From Limnochordia bacterium (GTDB lineage Bacteria > Bacillota > Limnochordia > DTU080): DNA of 64,000 nucleotides. Within the stretch, counting starts at the first letter, position 1. Each line of letters begins with the position of its first letter. The stretch covers positions 96,001 through 160,000 of the forward strand of contig JBMNJG010000012.1 in NCBI GenBank assembly GCA_050951545.1, in the 5' to 3' direction. Positions 47,684-58,415 of the stretch are shown here, piece after piece. A model generated the notes under the pieces. The model was not told where the DNA came from. It saw nothing but the letters and a program-made list of their open reading frames with translations, and ran no database searches. The position numbers were made by a program, and so were the translations under genes.

Positions 47684-49804
47684 TCAAGTCAAGCTTTCCA
47701 CGGGAACCATGGCGTGGCCGCATTCTTTGTTGGCACACACCCACTGCGTATCTTGCTTGCGTCTCTTACGCTCAACCATGTAGGTCCCACAGGTTGGGCA
47801 TTTGGCTGGCACAGGGCGTTGCCAGCTTGTGAAATCGCACTCGGGATACCGAATGCAGCCGTAGAAAGTGCGCCCCCGGCGGGTCTTTCGCTCGACGAGG
47901 CTGTTGCCGCATTGCGGACACTCAACACCGATTTCGGTCAGCAACGGCTTCGTGTTCTTGCATTCCGGATAGCCAGGACAGGCCAGGAACTTTCCGAAAC
48001 GCCCCCACTTTATCACCATGTTACGACCACAGGCCTCGCAGATCTCCTCAGTTACCTCGTCTTCAACGCGTGTCTCCTTGGCCAGCTCATGAGCTCGCTC
48101 TAGCGAGTCAGAGAAGGGACCGTAAAACTCCTTCACAAGCCCTACCCAGTCTGCCTCTCCTTCTTCTATGGCGTCGAGGCGTTGCTCCATGTTGGCAGTG
48201 AACTCGACATCCACAATGTCAGGGAAGTGCGTCTTGAGCAGGTCAACGGTAACGAAGCCCAGCTCGGTGGGCATGAATCGCCGCTCCTGTTTCGTGACAT
48301 AGCCACGTTTTTGCACCGTGTCAATGATCGCCGCGTAGGTGCTAGGGCGTCCAATCCCTAGCTCTTCCATGGTCTTCACCAGCATTGCTTCGGTAAAGCG
48401 AGGCGGTGGTTGCGTAAAGTGTTGACGCGGTTCCATCTTGCGTTCGTATAAGCCATCGCCTTCTTGCAGCTCGGGAAGCTTCCTCTCTTGTTCTTGGCCG
48501 TCGTTGGCCTCTTCGTCAGTTTGCTCGCTGTAGACAGCCATGAAACCAGCAAAGCGCATAGTTGAACCAGTAGCTCGAAAGGTGTAGGGCACTTGCGTCC
48601 CATCCACTATGGGCACGATGTCTGCGGCTACTGTGTCAAAAACAGCCGGACGCATTTGGCTAGCGACAAAGCGCTCCCAGATCAGTTTATAAAGCAGATA
48701 CTGCTCCCGCGTCAGGTATTGCTTGATGGATTCGGGAGTACGGTGTACTCCTGTAGGGCGGACCGCCTCATGAGCCGCCTGCGCCCCCTTCTTGGTCTTA
48801 TACTGCGGTGGGCGTTCGGGCCTGAACTGCCTGCCCCATGTGCTGTCGATGACATCTTGTGCTGCTGCTTGGGCTTCAGTCGCTACCCGAGTAGCGTCTG
48901 TCCGCAGATAGGTGATGAGGCCAACGGTGCCTTCGGTGCCTACGTCTAGACCTTCATATAGCTGCTGAGCTACGCTCATGGTGCGTCGAGCAGTGAAACG
49001 TAGGCGACGGGCTGCCTCCTGCTGCATCGTACTTGTAGTAAAGGGTGCGGCGGGCTTGCGCGTGCGTTCAGATCGCGTCAACGCCGCCACCCGATAGGAG
49101 GCGTTCGTCAGCCTTTGGATGATCGCCTGTGTCTCATCTTCGGTCTTTAGCGCAGCATTTTCGGCACCGCAGCGGATGAGACGCGCAGGGAACTGAGAAC
49201 TTCTGGCTGTTTTGGATAGCCAGACGGTAAGGGTCCAGTACTCCTCGGATCGAAAACCTCTAATCTCCATCTCGCGGTCGCATATCAGGCGCAACGCGGC
49301 TGATTGCACTCTGCCAGCAGACAGACCTGGTTTGACCTTCTCCCACAGCAAAGGGCTCAACTTATAGCCTACCAGCCGGTCTAGCACTCGCCTGGCTTGC
49401 TGGGCGTCAACCAGATCAAGGTTTATTGGCCTGGGATTCTTGATAGCGTTCTTGACGGCACTCTGGGTAACCTCGTTGAACTCGATGCGTTGCGGCGCTT
49501 GCGTGTCCAGCTTTAGGGCTTCCGCGAGATGCCAGGAAATTGCTTCCCCTTCGCGGTCGGGGTCAGTGGCCAGAAGAACACGATCAGCTTTCCGAGCGGC
49601 TGTGCGTAGCTGTTGCAGGTTTTTGCCTTGCCCGCGGACGGTAATGTACTTTGGCGCAAAATCATTCTCAATGTCAACACCGAATTGGCTACGTGGCAAG
49701 TCGCGCACGTGGCCCATCGACGCCTTGACTGAATACTTCCGACCCAGGAATCTCCCAATGGTCTTGGCTTTGGCTGGAGATTCCACAATCACTAGAGTGC
49801 TCAA
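47684..49804 (-). CDS. topA: DNA topoisomerase I
   Basis: [33 protein letters not shown]-terminal Zn ribbons. Confidence 0.98.
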   Translation of the reverse strand: MSTLVIVESPAKAKTIGRFLGRKYSVKASMGHVRDLPRSQFGVDIENDFAPKYITVRGQGKNLQQLRTAARKADRVLLATDPDREGEAISWHLAEALKLDTQAPQRIEFNEVTQSAVKNAIKNPRPINLDLVDAQQARRVLDRLVGYKLSPLLWEKVKPGLSAGRVQSAALRLICDREMEIRGFRSEEYWTLTVWLSKTARSSQFPARLIRCGAENAALKTEDETQAIIQRLTNASYRVAALTRSERTRKPAAPFTTSTMQQEAARRLRFTARRTMSVAQQLYEGLDVGTEGTVGLITYLRTDATRVATEAQAAAQDVIDSTWGRQFRPERPPQYKTKKGAQAAHEAVRPTGVHRTPESIKQYLTREQYLLYKLIWERFVASQMRPAVFDTVAADIVPIVDGTQVPYTFRATGSTMRFAGFMAVYSEQTDEEANDGQEQERKLPELQEGDGLYERKMEPRQHFTQPPPRFTEAMLVKTMEELGIGRPSTYAAIIDTVQKRGYVTKQERRFMPTELGFVTVDLLKTHFPDIVDVEFTANMEQRLDAIEEGEADWVGLVKEFYGPFSDSLERAHELAKETRVEDEVTEEICEACGRNMVIKWGRFGKFLACPGYPECKNTKPLLTEIGVECPQCGNSLVERKTRRGRTFYGCIRYPECDFTSWQRPVPAKCPTCGTYMVERKRRKQDTQWVCANKECGHAMVPVESLT

Positions 49805-49899
49805 ACCATCGTACCTCCAGCTTCGGGGTGGTTACCGCCACTCCTAGACTATTTGTCATGTTACCATACCGTTGTTCTCAGGCGCAAGTTAGTCCCAAG

Positions 49900-51003
49900 T
49901 CACTGCGTTTCCACCAGTCTGTAGACATCGCCAGGTCCGCGCTGCACATAGCCTTGCATCTCCAGCAGCGTGAGATCACTGCGCACAGTGGAGCAATTTC
50001 TCGCCAGTCGCCGAGCTACTTCATCGGCAGTAGCTGGCCCAGTCTGTAGAACCTGCCAGACCCTCACTGGCTGGGGCGGCTGAGCTGGCGTGTCTGCGGG
50101 GGGGCGGGCGGTGACCCGCCTGAGATGCTCTGCGGGTGGCTGCGCCAAGGTCTCTTTCAGTTCCTTGTACAGATCCTCCACGAGGTCCGTAGCATTTCGT
50201 ATTGCCCTTGCCCCTTCACGCAGCAAGCCGTTTGAGCCTTGCGTATGCTCACGTGTGGGATCGCCAGGGCAGACGAAGACATCGCGACCATGATCCAGCG
50301 CGTAGTCTGCCGTGATCAAGGCGCCGCTTCTGGCAGGGGCTTCTACTACTACAGTGGCCAAAGCCAGACCAGCCAGTGTTCGGTTCCGGACAGGGAAATG
50401 GGTGCGTCTAGCTCCAGTTCCGCAGGGAAACTGACTGATCAGTGCTCCGCAGGCTGCTACTTCCTCAGCGAGACCTGCATGGGCTCTCGGATAGACAGAC
50501 TCTACTCCACCAGCCAATACGGCCGCAGTACGCCCTCCAGCGGCTAGCGCTCCGCGATGGGCAGCTGCATCGATCCCCATAGCGAGACCGCTGACAATGG
50601 TTATGCCCAATGCTGCCAGATCTCGAGCCAGAATGAAAGCAAGCTGCGTCGCCTGTGGCGAGGCACGGCGGGAGCCCACTACGGCGATGGCGAGCCTGTC
50701 GTTGGGCAGCAACGACCCTTTCGTGTAAAGCACGGCTGGTGGTCCCGCGATGTGACGCAAATTGGGTGGGTAGGAGCAGTCATCCCACGTGATGATGCGC
50801 ACGCCATGAGCCTTGGCAGATGCGATAGTCTGCGCTACGGGCACACGGGGGCTACGCTGTCGTAACTGCCGCCATACAGGAACAGGGTTGCTGTCGCAGC
50901 CCAGGGCTTTCCATATTCGAATGGGTCCCCACCCCGGAAGTAGGGAAAGACCGAGCCAAGCCTCAGCTCTTTCCCAGCGTTCTCGCTCAGACAGATGAAT
51001 CAC
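49900..51003 (-). CDS. dprA: DNA-processing protein DprA
   Basis: AVVGSR, VSGLAMGID, FPVRNR, SGALITA, C-terminal winged helix. Confidence 0.95.
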   Translation of the reverse strand: MIHLSERERWERAEAWLGLSLLPGWGPIRIWKALGCDSNPVPVWRQLRQRSPRVPVAQTIASAKAHGVRIITWDDCSYPPNLRHIAGPPAVLYTKGSLLPNDRLAIAVVGSRRASPQATQLAFILARDLAALGITIVSGLAMGIDAAAHRGALAAGGRTAAVLAGGVESVYPRAHAGLAEEVAACGALISQFPCGTGARRTHFPVRNRTLAGLALATVVVEAPARSGALITADYALDHGRDVFVCPGDPTREHTQGSNGLLREGARAIRNATDLVEDLYKELKETLAQPPAEHLRRVTARPPADTPAQPPQPVRVWQVLQTGPATADEVARRLARNCSTVRSDLTLLEMQGYVQRGPGDVYRLVETQ

Positions 51004-51078
51004 TGCGCAGAAGCCTCCTTACGGCATGTGTTCGGGGCCGTCGCCTGTGCGTGGACTCACCCATGCGCATAGATGATG

Positions 51079-51294
51079 CTACTTGCGCGACTGATCCAGA
51101 CCTGCAATGATCTCACGAAGTTCATCTTCCCATTGCATCTGGTAGAGGCGCAGTTCGGCCTCACACACCAAGGAGCCGTTTCTGCAATTTGTGCAGCATA
51201 TGGCGTACATTCCATCCAGATGGCCCGCCACCGTGTGGGGGGCATCCAGTGCACACATGGGACAGCAGTAGACTGGCGTGTTCGTATCTTTCAC
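51079..51294 (-). CDS. Small Cys-rich (CxxC...CxxC) putative zinc-ribbon protein
   Basis: CCPMC...CCTNC plus C-terminal amphipathic helix; AGGAGG RBS before TTG 51300 / GTG 51294. Confidence 0.6.
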   Translation of the reverse strand: MKDTNTPVYCCPMCALDAPHTVAGHLDGMYAICCTNCRNGSLVCEAELRLYQMQWEDELREIIAGLDQSRK

Positions 51295-51401
51295 GTCCAA
51301 GGCCCCCTCCTGTTTCTGCAGCATTAGCATGACCCGCGATAGACCGGAGAAGGCTGTTGCCAGTGAGAGGGTGTCTGGCATATGCACCAGCTTGTGGGGC
51401 G

Positions 51402-51443
51402 AAAAAGAGCCGCGGCAGGCGTGATTGGGCGCCTGAAGCGGCT
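51402..51443 (-). terminator. Terminator after the fumarase beta subunit gene
   Basis: AGCCGC..CAGGCG-loop-CGCCTG..GCGGCT followed by CTTTTT on the minus strand. Confidence 0.65.
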
Positions 51444-51468
51444 GGCTGGTGTACGGGCCATGTATGAC

Positions 51469-52107
51469 TTATCTTAGCATAGAACCCGCTGAAAGGCCAC
51501 CAACGTTCAGCAGTTCGGATAGGCGCCGAGCGGAATCGAAGTAAACCTGCTCATGCAGGCTGCTCCCATGAGCGTCCATGGTGACAAGAAGTTGGAGCTC
51601 ACTGACGCGCAACACCCAGAGAGCTTCTGGCCCGCCGAATTCAGGCTTGATGACGTCGACTACGTCGACTATGCTTCTTGCCATGAGACTGGCGGCGCCG
51701 CCCAGTGCGTGGAGGTACACGGCCCCTCCCCTGCACAGCGCCTCTTGCGTACGCTGGCCCATGCCACCCTTGCCGATAACGGCCCTGAGACCAAAGCGGT
51801 CTATCACCACATCCTGATAGACTTCGAGACGGGCGCTTGTGGTGGGTCCAGCAGCCACAACTTTCCACCGTCCAGAGGAAGCCTGTTCTACAATGGGGCC
51901 GCAGTGGTAGATGACACCCTCGTGGAACCAGCCTCTCAGGTGATCGACCGTTGCCTTTTCGTCGGAGTGTTCTGTTGTTGACTGCTCCACCAAGTACTTG
52001 TGTGCTCTGTCCCTGGCCGTAACCAAGACACCACTGAGGGTGACGAGATCGCCAATATGCAGCGAGCGGATGCGGTGCTCACTGATGGGAATTCTCAGCC
52101 TATGCAT
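51469..52107 (-). CDS. Class I fumarate hydratase / tartrate dehydratase beta subunit
   Basis: TARDRAH, YHCGP, GPTTSAR, GKGG, MDAHG. Confidence 0.9.
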   Translation of the reverse strand: MHRLRIPISEHRIRSLHIGDLVTLSGVLVTARDRAHKYLVEQSTTEHSDEKATVDHLRGWFHEGVIYHCGPIVEQASSGRWKVVAAGPTTSARLEVYQDVVIDRFGLRAVIGKGGMGQRTQEALCRGGAVYLHALGGAASLMARSIVDVVDVIKPEFGGPEALWVLRVSELQLLVTMDAHGSSLHEQVYFDSARRLSELLNVGGLSAGSMLR

Positions 52108-52978
52108 ATCTAGCACCCTCGCCTTCTCTGAGAGTCATCTCGCACCTGCGGCAAGCCCAGCACATGTAGGCAACAGACACGAAAAACGAGGCAGGTAATC
52201 GGTGAAGATATCCTATCTTGATCGCCAGAACGGTGGATCTTCCTCCATACCCCATGGGGCCGATACCTAGCGCGTTTGCTTCTTCCACAAGGCTGGTCTC
52301 CAGTGCTGCGAGTTCTGGGTGCGAATTGCGGTCGTCTAGGCGGCGCAGAAGCTGACGCGTAGCCTCTCCAAAACCTGCTGCACGGTCGCCGCCGATGCAC
52401 ACACCGAGGATACCAGGCGGACACCCTAAGCCTTGGGCGCCATGAAGCAGGTGCAACAGTGCTCGCCGTACGCCTTCACGGCCGCGCTCCGCTCCTATAG
52501 AGGCGTCAGGTAGGGAGAATTGGCTGCTTACGTTTTCGCTACCACCGCCTTTGAGCAGCAAGCGGATTCGCAGACCATCGCGAGCCCATTCGGTGTACTC
52601 GATATGAGGAGAACCAAAGCCAAGATTGTTACCGGAGTTAGCTCCAGTGATACTGTTGACAGCGTTGGGCCGCAGCGCAGCGCGTGTCGTGGCGACGGCC
52701 ACGGCTTGTTCTATCTGCTCTGTCAGACGCGCTGTACTCCAGCCATGCGGGTATTCTACGTAGAAGTGCAATGCCCCGGTATCTTGGCAGAGAGGTGTTC
52801 CGTTCCGGCGCGACAACGCGCAGTTTTCCAGAATACCAGTGAGAGCCGCCTCAGCTGGAGAACCGCTCCTCTCTTTGGCCAGTGCTCGCTGTAGGGCTTG
52901 CTCTACATCGAGCGGAAGATCGCTGGCCGTACGTTGAATCAGGGTTAGAACGTGTTCGGTAATGTCTCGCTCACGCAT
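52100..52978 (-). CDS. Class I fumarate hydratase / tartrate dehydratase alpha subunit
   Basis: PLCQDTG, KGGGSEN, GCPPG, LGIGPMG.GG, CWA.RR; AGGAG RBS. Confidence 0.9.
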   Translation of the reverse strand: MRERDITEHVLTLIQRTASDLPLDVEQALQRALAKERSGSPAEAALTGILENCALSRRNGTPLCQDTGALHFYVEYPHGWSTARLTEQIEQAVAVATTRAALRPNAVNSITGANSGNNLGFGSPHIEYTEWARDGLRIRLLLKGGGSENVSSQFSLPDASIGAERGREGVRRALLHLLHGAQGLGCPPGILGVCIGGDRAAGFGEATRQLLRRLDDRNSHPELAALETSLVEEANALGIGPMGYGGRSTVLAIKIGYLHRLPASFFVSVAYMCWACRRCEMTLREGEGARYA

Positions 52979-52988
52979 GTGTCGACTC

Positions 52989-54530
52989 CTATTGGCGATA
53001 TGAGAGGGCTTCTGCGACATCTTCGAGGGCAATGTGATCGCGTGCATTTAGGTCAGCGATTGTACGGGCGACCCGCAGGACGCGATCAACGCCTCGGCCA
53101 GTGAGGACCTGTCGCCGCACTGCAGACTGCAGAAGCGCAACCCCAGCGTCATCAAGGCCGCAGTGCTGACGAGTGTCACGCGGGGACAGACGGCTATTGG
53201 CCAGCATGGCTCTTTCTAGCTGCCTTTGCCAGGCGGCGCGCACGCGATCTGCGATGGCCGCGCTCGACTCTCCTATCTGCTCTTCCTGTGTGGAGCCGAA
53301 CTCAACCGATGACTGCAGAGCCACAAACATGTCAATGCGGTCAAGCAGTGGCCCGTTCATTCTCCTGCGGTAGCGGTGGAGATCGCCATCCGTGCAGGAG
53401 CAGCGGCGACGACTGTCACCCTGCCAGCCGCATGGACAGGGATTGGTAGCAGCCACCAGCTGGAAATCGGCAGGAAATCGTGCAGAGCGCATACCACGGG
53501 TTACTCTGACCCAGCCTTCCTCGATGGGTTCGCGTAATGCGCAAAGAACATCGGTGCGAAATTCGGAGAACTCATCCAAGAAGAGCACGCCATGGTGCGC
53601 AAGAGTCACTTCGCCGGGCCGCAGACCAGTTCCACCTCCTATCATGCCCCCTGGGGTGATGGTGTGATGCGGGGCTCGAAAAGGCCGTGTGAGTGGAAAG
53701 CTATGCTCTCCCCCAAGCAGCCCGGCCGCACTGTAGACACGAGCGATTTCAAGGGCCTCAGCCTCGGTTGGCGGGGGTAGAATACTGGGCAGTCGTGCGG
53801 CGAGCATAGTCTTACCAGTACCGGGGGGGCCGACAAGTAGAAGGTTATGTCTACCAGCAGCAGCGATCTCCAGAGCGCGGCGGGCGCTGGTCTGTCCGAT
53901 GACATCCTGCAGGTCCAAGTGCTCGACATTCGCCTCACTCTCTGGTTGCAGGTTGACGGGCTGGAGCGACGACCTGCCCTGCAACCACGCCACAACGTCA
54001 CAAAGGGTGTCAGCCAATTGCAGCTGACGGGTGGAGCCCATCAGTGCCAACTCGACCTGGTTGGCTGTTGGGAGTACCAGCAGTTCGGGTGTTTCTGGAC
54101 TGACGTGGGCAGTAGCTAGACAGACTGCTCCTTGTACGCTTCGCAAGCGCCCGTCCAGGGCCAGTTCGCCAGCGAACACGCTTTTTTGCGTGCACGCAGG
54201 CGGCAGACGACCCCATGCGGCAAGAAGAGCCACTGCAATAGGCAGATCAAATGCCGGGCCAGCTTTTGGCATGTGAGCGGGTGCCAGATTGACCGTGACC
54301 CGACCGCTAGGAAAGCCAAAACCACTGTTGCGCAGGGCTGCTCGAACTCGATTACGACTTTCGCGGACACTGGCATCTGGCAATCCGACGATGTCAAAAA
54401 GAGGAAGTCCACCTGCCAGATCTACCTCTACCAAGACATCCTGAGCTTCTACTCCGCAGAGAGCGAGGGTGTGAACTTGGGATAGCACGCTTGTTGTACC
54501 CCCTGCTCCCTCAGGGCTGGCTAGAGTCAC
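52989..54530 (-). CDS. comM: ComM / YifB Mg-chelatase-like AAA+ helicase
   Basis: IVGLPD, NLAPA, GEL.LDG, GPPGTGKTM, PFRAPHH, LFLDE, NPCPCG. Confidence 0.93.
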   Translation of the reverse strand: MTLASPEGAGGTTSVLSQVHTLALCGVEAQDVLVEVDLAGGLPLFDIVGLPDASVRESRNRVRAALRNSGFGFPSGRVTVNLAPAHMPKAGPAFDLPIAVALLAAWGRLPPACTQKSVFAGELALDGRLRSVQGAVCLATAHVSPETPELLVLPTANQVELALMGSTRQLQLADTLCDVVAWLQGRSSLQPVNLQPESEANVEHLDLQDVIGQTSARRALEIAAAGRHNLLLVGPPGTGKTMLAARLPSILPPPTEAEALEIARVYSAAGLLGGEHSFPLTRPFRAPHHTITPGGMIGGGTGLRPGEVTLAHHGVLFLDEFSEFRTDVLCALREPIEEGWVRVTRGMRSARFPADFQLVAATNPCPCGWQGDSRRRCSCTDGDLHRYRRRMNGPLLDRIDMFVALQSSVEFGSTQEEQIGESSAAIADRVRAAWQRQLERAMLANSRLSPRDTRQHCGLDDAGVALLQSAVRRQVLTGRGVDRVLRVARTIADLNARDHIALEDVAEALSYRQ

Positions 54531-54565
54531 GTTTCTCCTCTGTGGGGGCTATACCTTCCTCAGTC

Positions 54566-54952
54566 TCAATACAGATCATTGAGACTGAATGCATCGGGTA
54601 GCAGTTCGGGAACGGCGAAAGTGCCGTCCTGTTGCTTGGTTAGGCAGACGACATCGAATCTGCACGGTGCGTTCGTGGGGTGAGAGCGGAGATAGTGGCT
54701 TGCGGCTATGGCTATGCGGCGCATCTTGTGTTGGTCCACGCTGGCAGCTGCAGCAGGTGTGCCCTTTCTGCGACACCGGACTTCCACGAAAACAAGCGTG
54801 TGGTCGTGATAGGCCACAAGATCGATCTCGCCTCGTCGACAGCGATAGTTTCGTGTGATCAGTTGGTATCCTCGCTGTGCTAAGAAAGCCTCTGCTTCAC
54901 GTTCTGCTGCCTGACCCAGGGAAGTGGTTGAGCACTTGGCACCGCCTGGCAT
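54566..54952 (-). CDS. yraN: YraN family nuclease
   Basis: G..AE..A..L...GY....NYR...GEIDL, VFVEVR, RFDVV. Confidence 0.9.
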   Translation of the reverse strand: MPGGAKCSTTSLGQAAEREAEAFLAQRGYQLITRNYRCRRGEIDLVAYHDHTLVFVEVRCRRKGTPAAAASVDQHKMRRIAIAASHYLRSHPTNAPCRFDVVCLTKQQDGTFAVPELLPDAFSLNDLY

Positions 54953-54992
54953 AGCGCGACCGTCCTTTCTTCGTCTCTCAGCGGGTTGGGTG

Positions 54993-55679
54993 TTACAGGA
55001 AGGGTAGGGCGAGCTGGCCCCTTGTATCCTCTCGTCTAGCTGTCGTTGAGCCTGTGAGAAATCGCAGCCGGTGCAGAGCAGTGGGGCCCATCGATGATAT
55101 TGCCAGCCTATGTTCGCGTGTCGCGTAGCCTGCATTGCGTTCCCAGCCATAGCCGGGGTAGAACTCTTCGCCTAGACACCGCATCCAGTGGTCTCGTACC
55201 GTCTTGGCCAGACAAGAAGCAGCTGCAATCGACTGGGAAACGCTGTCGCCACGGACGATAGCCTGCTGTCGTCCTTCAAAACCACGGATGCGGTACCCGT
55301 CACTCAACACTAGCTCTGGCTGTAGCGACAGGCTCGACACAGCAGCCAACATGGCTGCCATATTCGCCTCTTGGATGCCGTGACTATCGATCTGCTGTGC
55401 AGAGACCAAGACTACTGACCATGACAGTGCTGCTCGCGTGATGCGCTGGGTAGCTTCTGCCCGTTTGGTCGGCGATAGCACTTTGGAGTCGTCTATACCA
55501 ACCACGAGCAGGCGATCAGGCATGATGACAGCAGCTGCCACGAGGGGGCCAGCAAGAGAGCCGCGGCCAACTTCATCTACACCAGCCAACAGACCTACTG
55601 TGGCTGTGCGCCTCACAGTTGCATCGTAGTGCATAAGGCGCCATGCTTGCTCTTTTAGCTTTGCTAGCCGTTTTCGCAT
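54993..55679 (-). CDS. rnhB: Ribonuclease HII
   Basis: GVDEVGRG.LAGP, DSK, RGD, SIAAAS..AK..RD. Confidence 0.95.
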   Translation of the reverse strand: MRKRLAKLKEQAWRLMHYDATVRRTATVGLLAGVDEVGRGSLAGPLVAAAVIMPDRLLVVGIDDSKVLSPTKRAEATQRITRAALSWSVVLVSAQQIDSHGIQEANMAAMLAAVSSLSLQPELVLSDGYRIRGFEGRQQAIVRGDSVSQSIAAASCLAKTVRDHWMRCLGEEFYPGYGWERNAGYATREHRLAISSMGPTALHRLRFLTGSTTARREDTRGQLALPFL

Positions 55680-56545
55680 AGGGGATCATCCAGAGTTACA
55701 CGCCCGATTCTGCCCAGACGGAAGTCAGATAGTAGAGTATGTGCCGCCTGTTCGGTATTGACTTCGCCGCCTGCCATCAGATGTCCAAGTCTTAAGCCTA
55801 TGAGCTTGAGAAGTGATTCGGGATCGGTGATGTTTTCTTGATCATCAATGCCGTAGCGCCTCTTGAGAAGATCGCTGTGGTAATGAGCGAGCCAGACCGC
55901 CAGGGCGCTCCCTACGCTATGCACGTCATAGGCATTCTCCCCGACACTTCCGACCCAGGCTAGTTTCAGTCCCTGCAGAGGGTCATCTATCCGAGGCCAT
56001 AGCAGCCCAGGAGTGTCAAGAAACTCAGTTCCTGGCCTTGCACGCAGCCACTGAGGTCCGCGGGTGACGCCAGGACTGGCTCCCACCCGGGCACCGGCCC
56101 GAGCACACGCTCGGTTGATCAGACTGGATTTCCCGCTATTTGGCACCCCCACCACGAGCACTCTCACGGGTCTGGCTATCTTCCTAACGCTTGTCAACAT
56201 GGCCCCGACACCCGTTCCACGTTGGGCATCGACTGGAAACACGGGCCGCGATGGAGTGCGCAGGTTGGCTACCCATCGCCTTGTGGCCATTGGATCCGCC
56301 AGGTCCATCTTCGTCAATGCTATCACATGAGCTCGGTTCTTGATGACGGATGTCAGGTCTGGGTAGCGCCCGCTGCGAGGAGTGCGGGCGTCGACTACCT
56401 CAACGATAGCGTTCGCCAAGGCAACCTGATCAGCCAAATCGCGACGGGTCTTGGCCATGTGTCCCGGGAACCATTGTACTCCATCCGGAACGAAGGCGAC
56501 TAGGCGATCACCCAGCTCCTTATCGGAAAGCGGCCTTGACCACAC
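55664..56545 (-). CDS. rbgA: Ribosome biogenesis GTPase RbgA/YlqF
   Basis: QWFPGHMAK, DARTP, GVPNSGKSS, PGVT, DTPG. Confidence 0.95.
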   Translation of the reverse strand: MWSRPLSDKELGDRLVAFVPDGVQWFPGHMAKTRRDLADQVALANAIVEVVDARTPRSGRYPDLTSVIKNRAHVIALTKMDLADPMATRRWVANLRTPSRPVFPVDAQRGTGVGAMLTSVRKIARPVRVLVVGVPNSGKSSLINRACARAGARVGASPGVTRGPQWLRARPGTEFLDTPGLLWPRIDDPLQGLKLAWVGSVGENAYDVHSVGSALAVWLAHYHSDLLKRRYGIDDQENITDPESLLKLIGLRLGHLMAGGEVNTEQAAHTLLSDFRLGRIGRVTLDDPLCENG

Positions 56546-56575
56546 TTATCAGCACCTCCGCACATGGCGTCTTGC

Positions 56576-57127
56576 CTACCCTTCGTCCGTTTGCAGCTCC
56601 TGGGGGATTTTCACCATGGCAATGCGCGTCGGCGGCCAGTAGATGAAGAGCGCTCTCCCGACAACCAGCTTGCGCGGGACTGCTCCGACATCACTGAAGC
56701 GGCTGTCATCGCTGTTGTTCCGGTTGTCTCCCAAAACGAATACGGTATCTTCTGGAACGATGATAGGCCCAAAATCGCCGTAGGTAGGTCCATTGATGTA
56801 AGTTTCTTCAAGGGCATTGCCGTTGATGTACAGTTTGTGGCGACGCACCTCTATCTGGTCTCCCGGCAGGCCCATAACCCGCTTGATGAAACGTCGACGC
56901 GGATCCGAGGGGTAGCGAAACACTACAATCTCTCCCCGCTGGGGAGCGCGTACCCGATACGCGATCTTGTCGACGAGTAGTCGTTGACCGTTGTGAAGCG
57001 AAGGTTCCATCGAAGCTCCTTGTACAAGAAAAGACTGCGCGATGAAAGTAATAATGAACAAAGCCAGTACAATAGCTATGCCAAAGGCCTCAATGTACTC
57101 GCGCAGCTCTGATTTCACACCGGACAC
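56576..57127 (-). CDS. lepB: Signal peptidase I
   Basis: SMEPSL, FIKRVMGLPGD, GDNRNNS.DSR; GTG start by GGAGG RBS. Confidence 0.95.
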   Translation of the reverse strand: MSGVKSELREYIEAFGIAIVLALFIITFIAQSFLVQGASMEPSLHNGQRLLVDKIAYRVRAPQRGEIVVFRYPSDPRRRFIKRVMGLPGDQIEVRRHKLYINGNALEETYINGPTYGDFGPIIVPEDTVFVLGDNRNNSDDSRFSDVGAVPRKLVVGRALFIYWPPTRIAMVKIPQELQTDEG

Positions 57128-57210
57128 GATCCATCCCTCCACATTCACCAGATTGGTCCGAAGGTGCAGGAAGGGACTCACTTCATGCAAGCCCTTCCCA
57201 TGGAGATCGA

Positions 57211-57279
57211 GTTACGCTATGCGGGCATGTCAGCGGCACTCTCGGTATTGGCCGCCGACATGCTCGCTTGTCTCGTAAC
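57211..57279. repeat. Intergenic structured element, copy C (short, fully palindromic)
   Basis: GTTACG-CTAT-GCGGGCATGTCAGCGGC-N13-GCCGCCGACATGCTCGC-N6-CGTAAC. Confidence 0.8.
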
Positions 57280-57282
57280 TGA

Positions 57283-57624
57283 TCAGCGTCTTTCTCTGAT
57301 GCGCGTAGCCTTGCCTACTCGCCCGCGCAGGTAGAGGAGCCGCGCTCGCCGCACTTTGCCCCGGCGCGCTACCTCGACTTTGGCAACCATGGGCGAATGC
57401 AGCAGGAACGTTCGTTCAACCCCGACTCCCTGGGAAATCTTACGGACGGTAAAGGTTTCTTGCAGGCCGCCACCCGAACGCTTGAGAACAGTGCCCTCAA
57501 AGACCTGAATGCGCTCCCGCTCACCCTCAACTACCTTGACATGCACACGTACTGTATCGCCCGGGCCGAAATCCAGAACCTCCGGGCGGAACTGCTCGGC
57601 TTCCAATTGCTGTATAAGGTTCAC
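57283..57624 (-). CDS. rplS: 50S ribosomal protein L19
   Basis: PGDTVRV, RIQVFEG, GVERTF, GKVRRA. Confidence 0.97.
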   Translation of the reverse strand: MNLIQQLEAEQFRPEVLDFGPGDTVRVHVKVVEGERERIQVFEGTVLKRSGGGLQETFTVRKISQGVGVERTFLLHSPMVAKVEVARRGKVRRARLLYLRGRVGKATRIRERR

Positions 57625-57641
57625 TATGCAACCCTCCCCCC

Positions 57642-58400
57642 CTATGGGGTCTGTGGCTTAGTCTGCATTTCCTCAAGCACTTCGTCTAGCAGCTTTTGAT
57701 CCTCATCGTGCAGATTGGCTTCAGCTAGAAGGTCAGCTCGTCGGAGTAACGTTCTACGCAGAGCCTCTTTTCTGCGCCATACCCGAATCCGTTCGTGGTG
57801 CCCAGACAGGAGAACCTCTGGAACACGCGCCTCCCGGTACGTCTCAGGTCGCGTATACTGTGGGTACTTGAGCAGTCCGTCTGAGAAACAATCTGATAGG
57901 GCCGAGCAAAGATCCCCGAGCACGCCGGGAATGAACCTGCACACGGCATCTATCAAGACCATCGCTGGCAGCTCACCGCCTGTCAGCACATAGTCCCCAA
58001 TCGAGTACTCCATCGTGTCATAGAGCGAGTGTAACCGTTCGTCAATGCCCTCGTAGTGTCCGCATATGACCACTAGATGCTGACTGCTCGCCAGTTCGCG
58101 CACCCAGACATCAGTTAGCGGACGCCCCTGTGGTGAGGTGGCCAAGATACGTGGCTTGTTTATGTGGCTGCTTGCCACAATGCTGTCCAAGCACAGTGCC
58201 AGCGGTTCGAGCCTCATCACCATGCCAGTGCCCCCGCCGTAAGGCGTATCATCGACCGTGCGATGCCTGTCGCGAGCAAACCCTCTGGGGTTCCACAGCC
58301 TCACATCCAAGAGATCTGCCCGAAGTGCACGACCTACCATGGATTCCTCTAAGGGGCCGTGAAACATCGAAGGGAAGAGCGTAAGCACATCGATTCTCAC
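57642..58400 (-). CDS. trmD: tRNA (guanine37-N1)-methyltransferase
   Basis: [40 protein letters not shown]. Confidence 0.97.
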   Translation of the reverse strand: MRIDVLTLFPSMFHGPLEESMVGRALRADLLDVRLWNPRGFARDRHRTVDDTPYGGGTGMVMRLEPLALCLDSIVASSHINKPRILATSPQGRPLTDVWVRELASSQHLVVICGHYEGIDERLHSLYDTMEYSIGDYVLTGGELPAMVLIDAVCRFIPGVLGDLCSALSDCFSDGLLKYPQYTRPETYREARVPEVLLSGHHERIRVWRRKEALRRTLLRRADLLAEANLHDEDQKLLDEVLEEMQTKPQTP

Positions 58401-58415
58401 GCTAGCATGGCCCCC

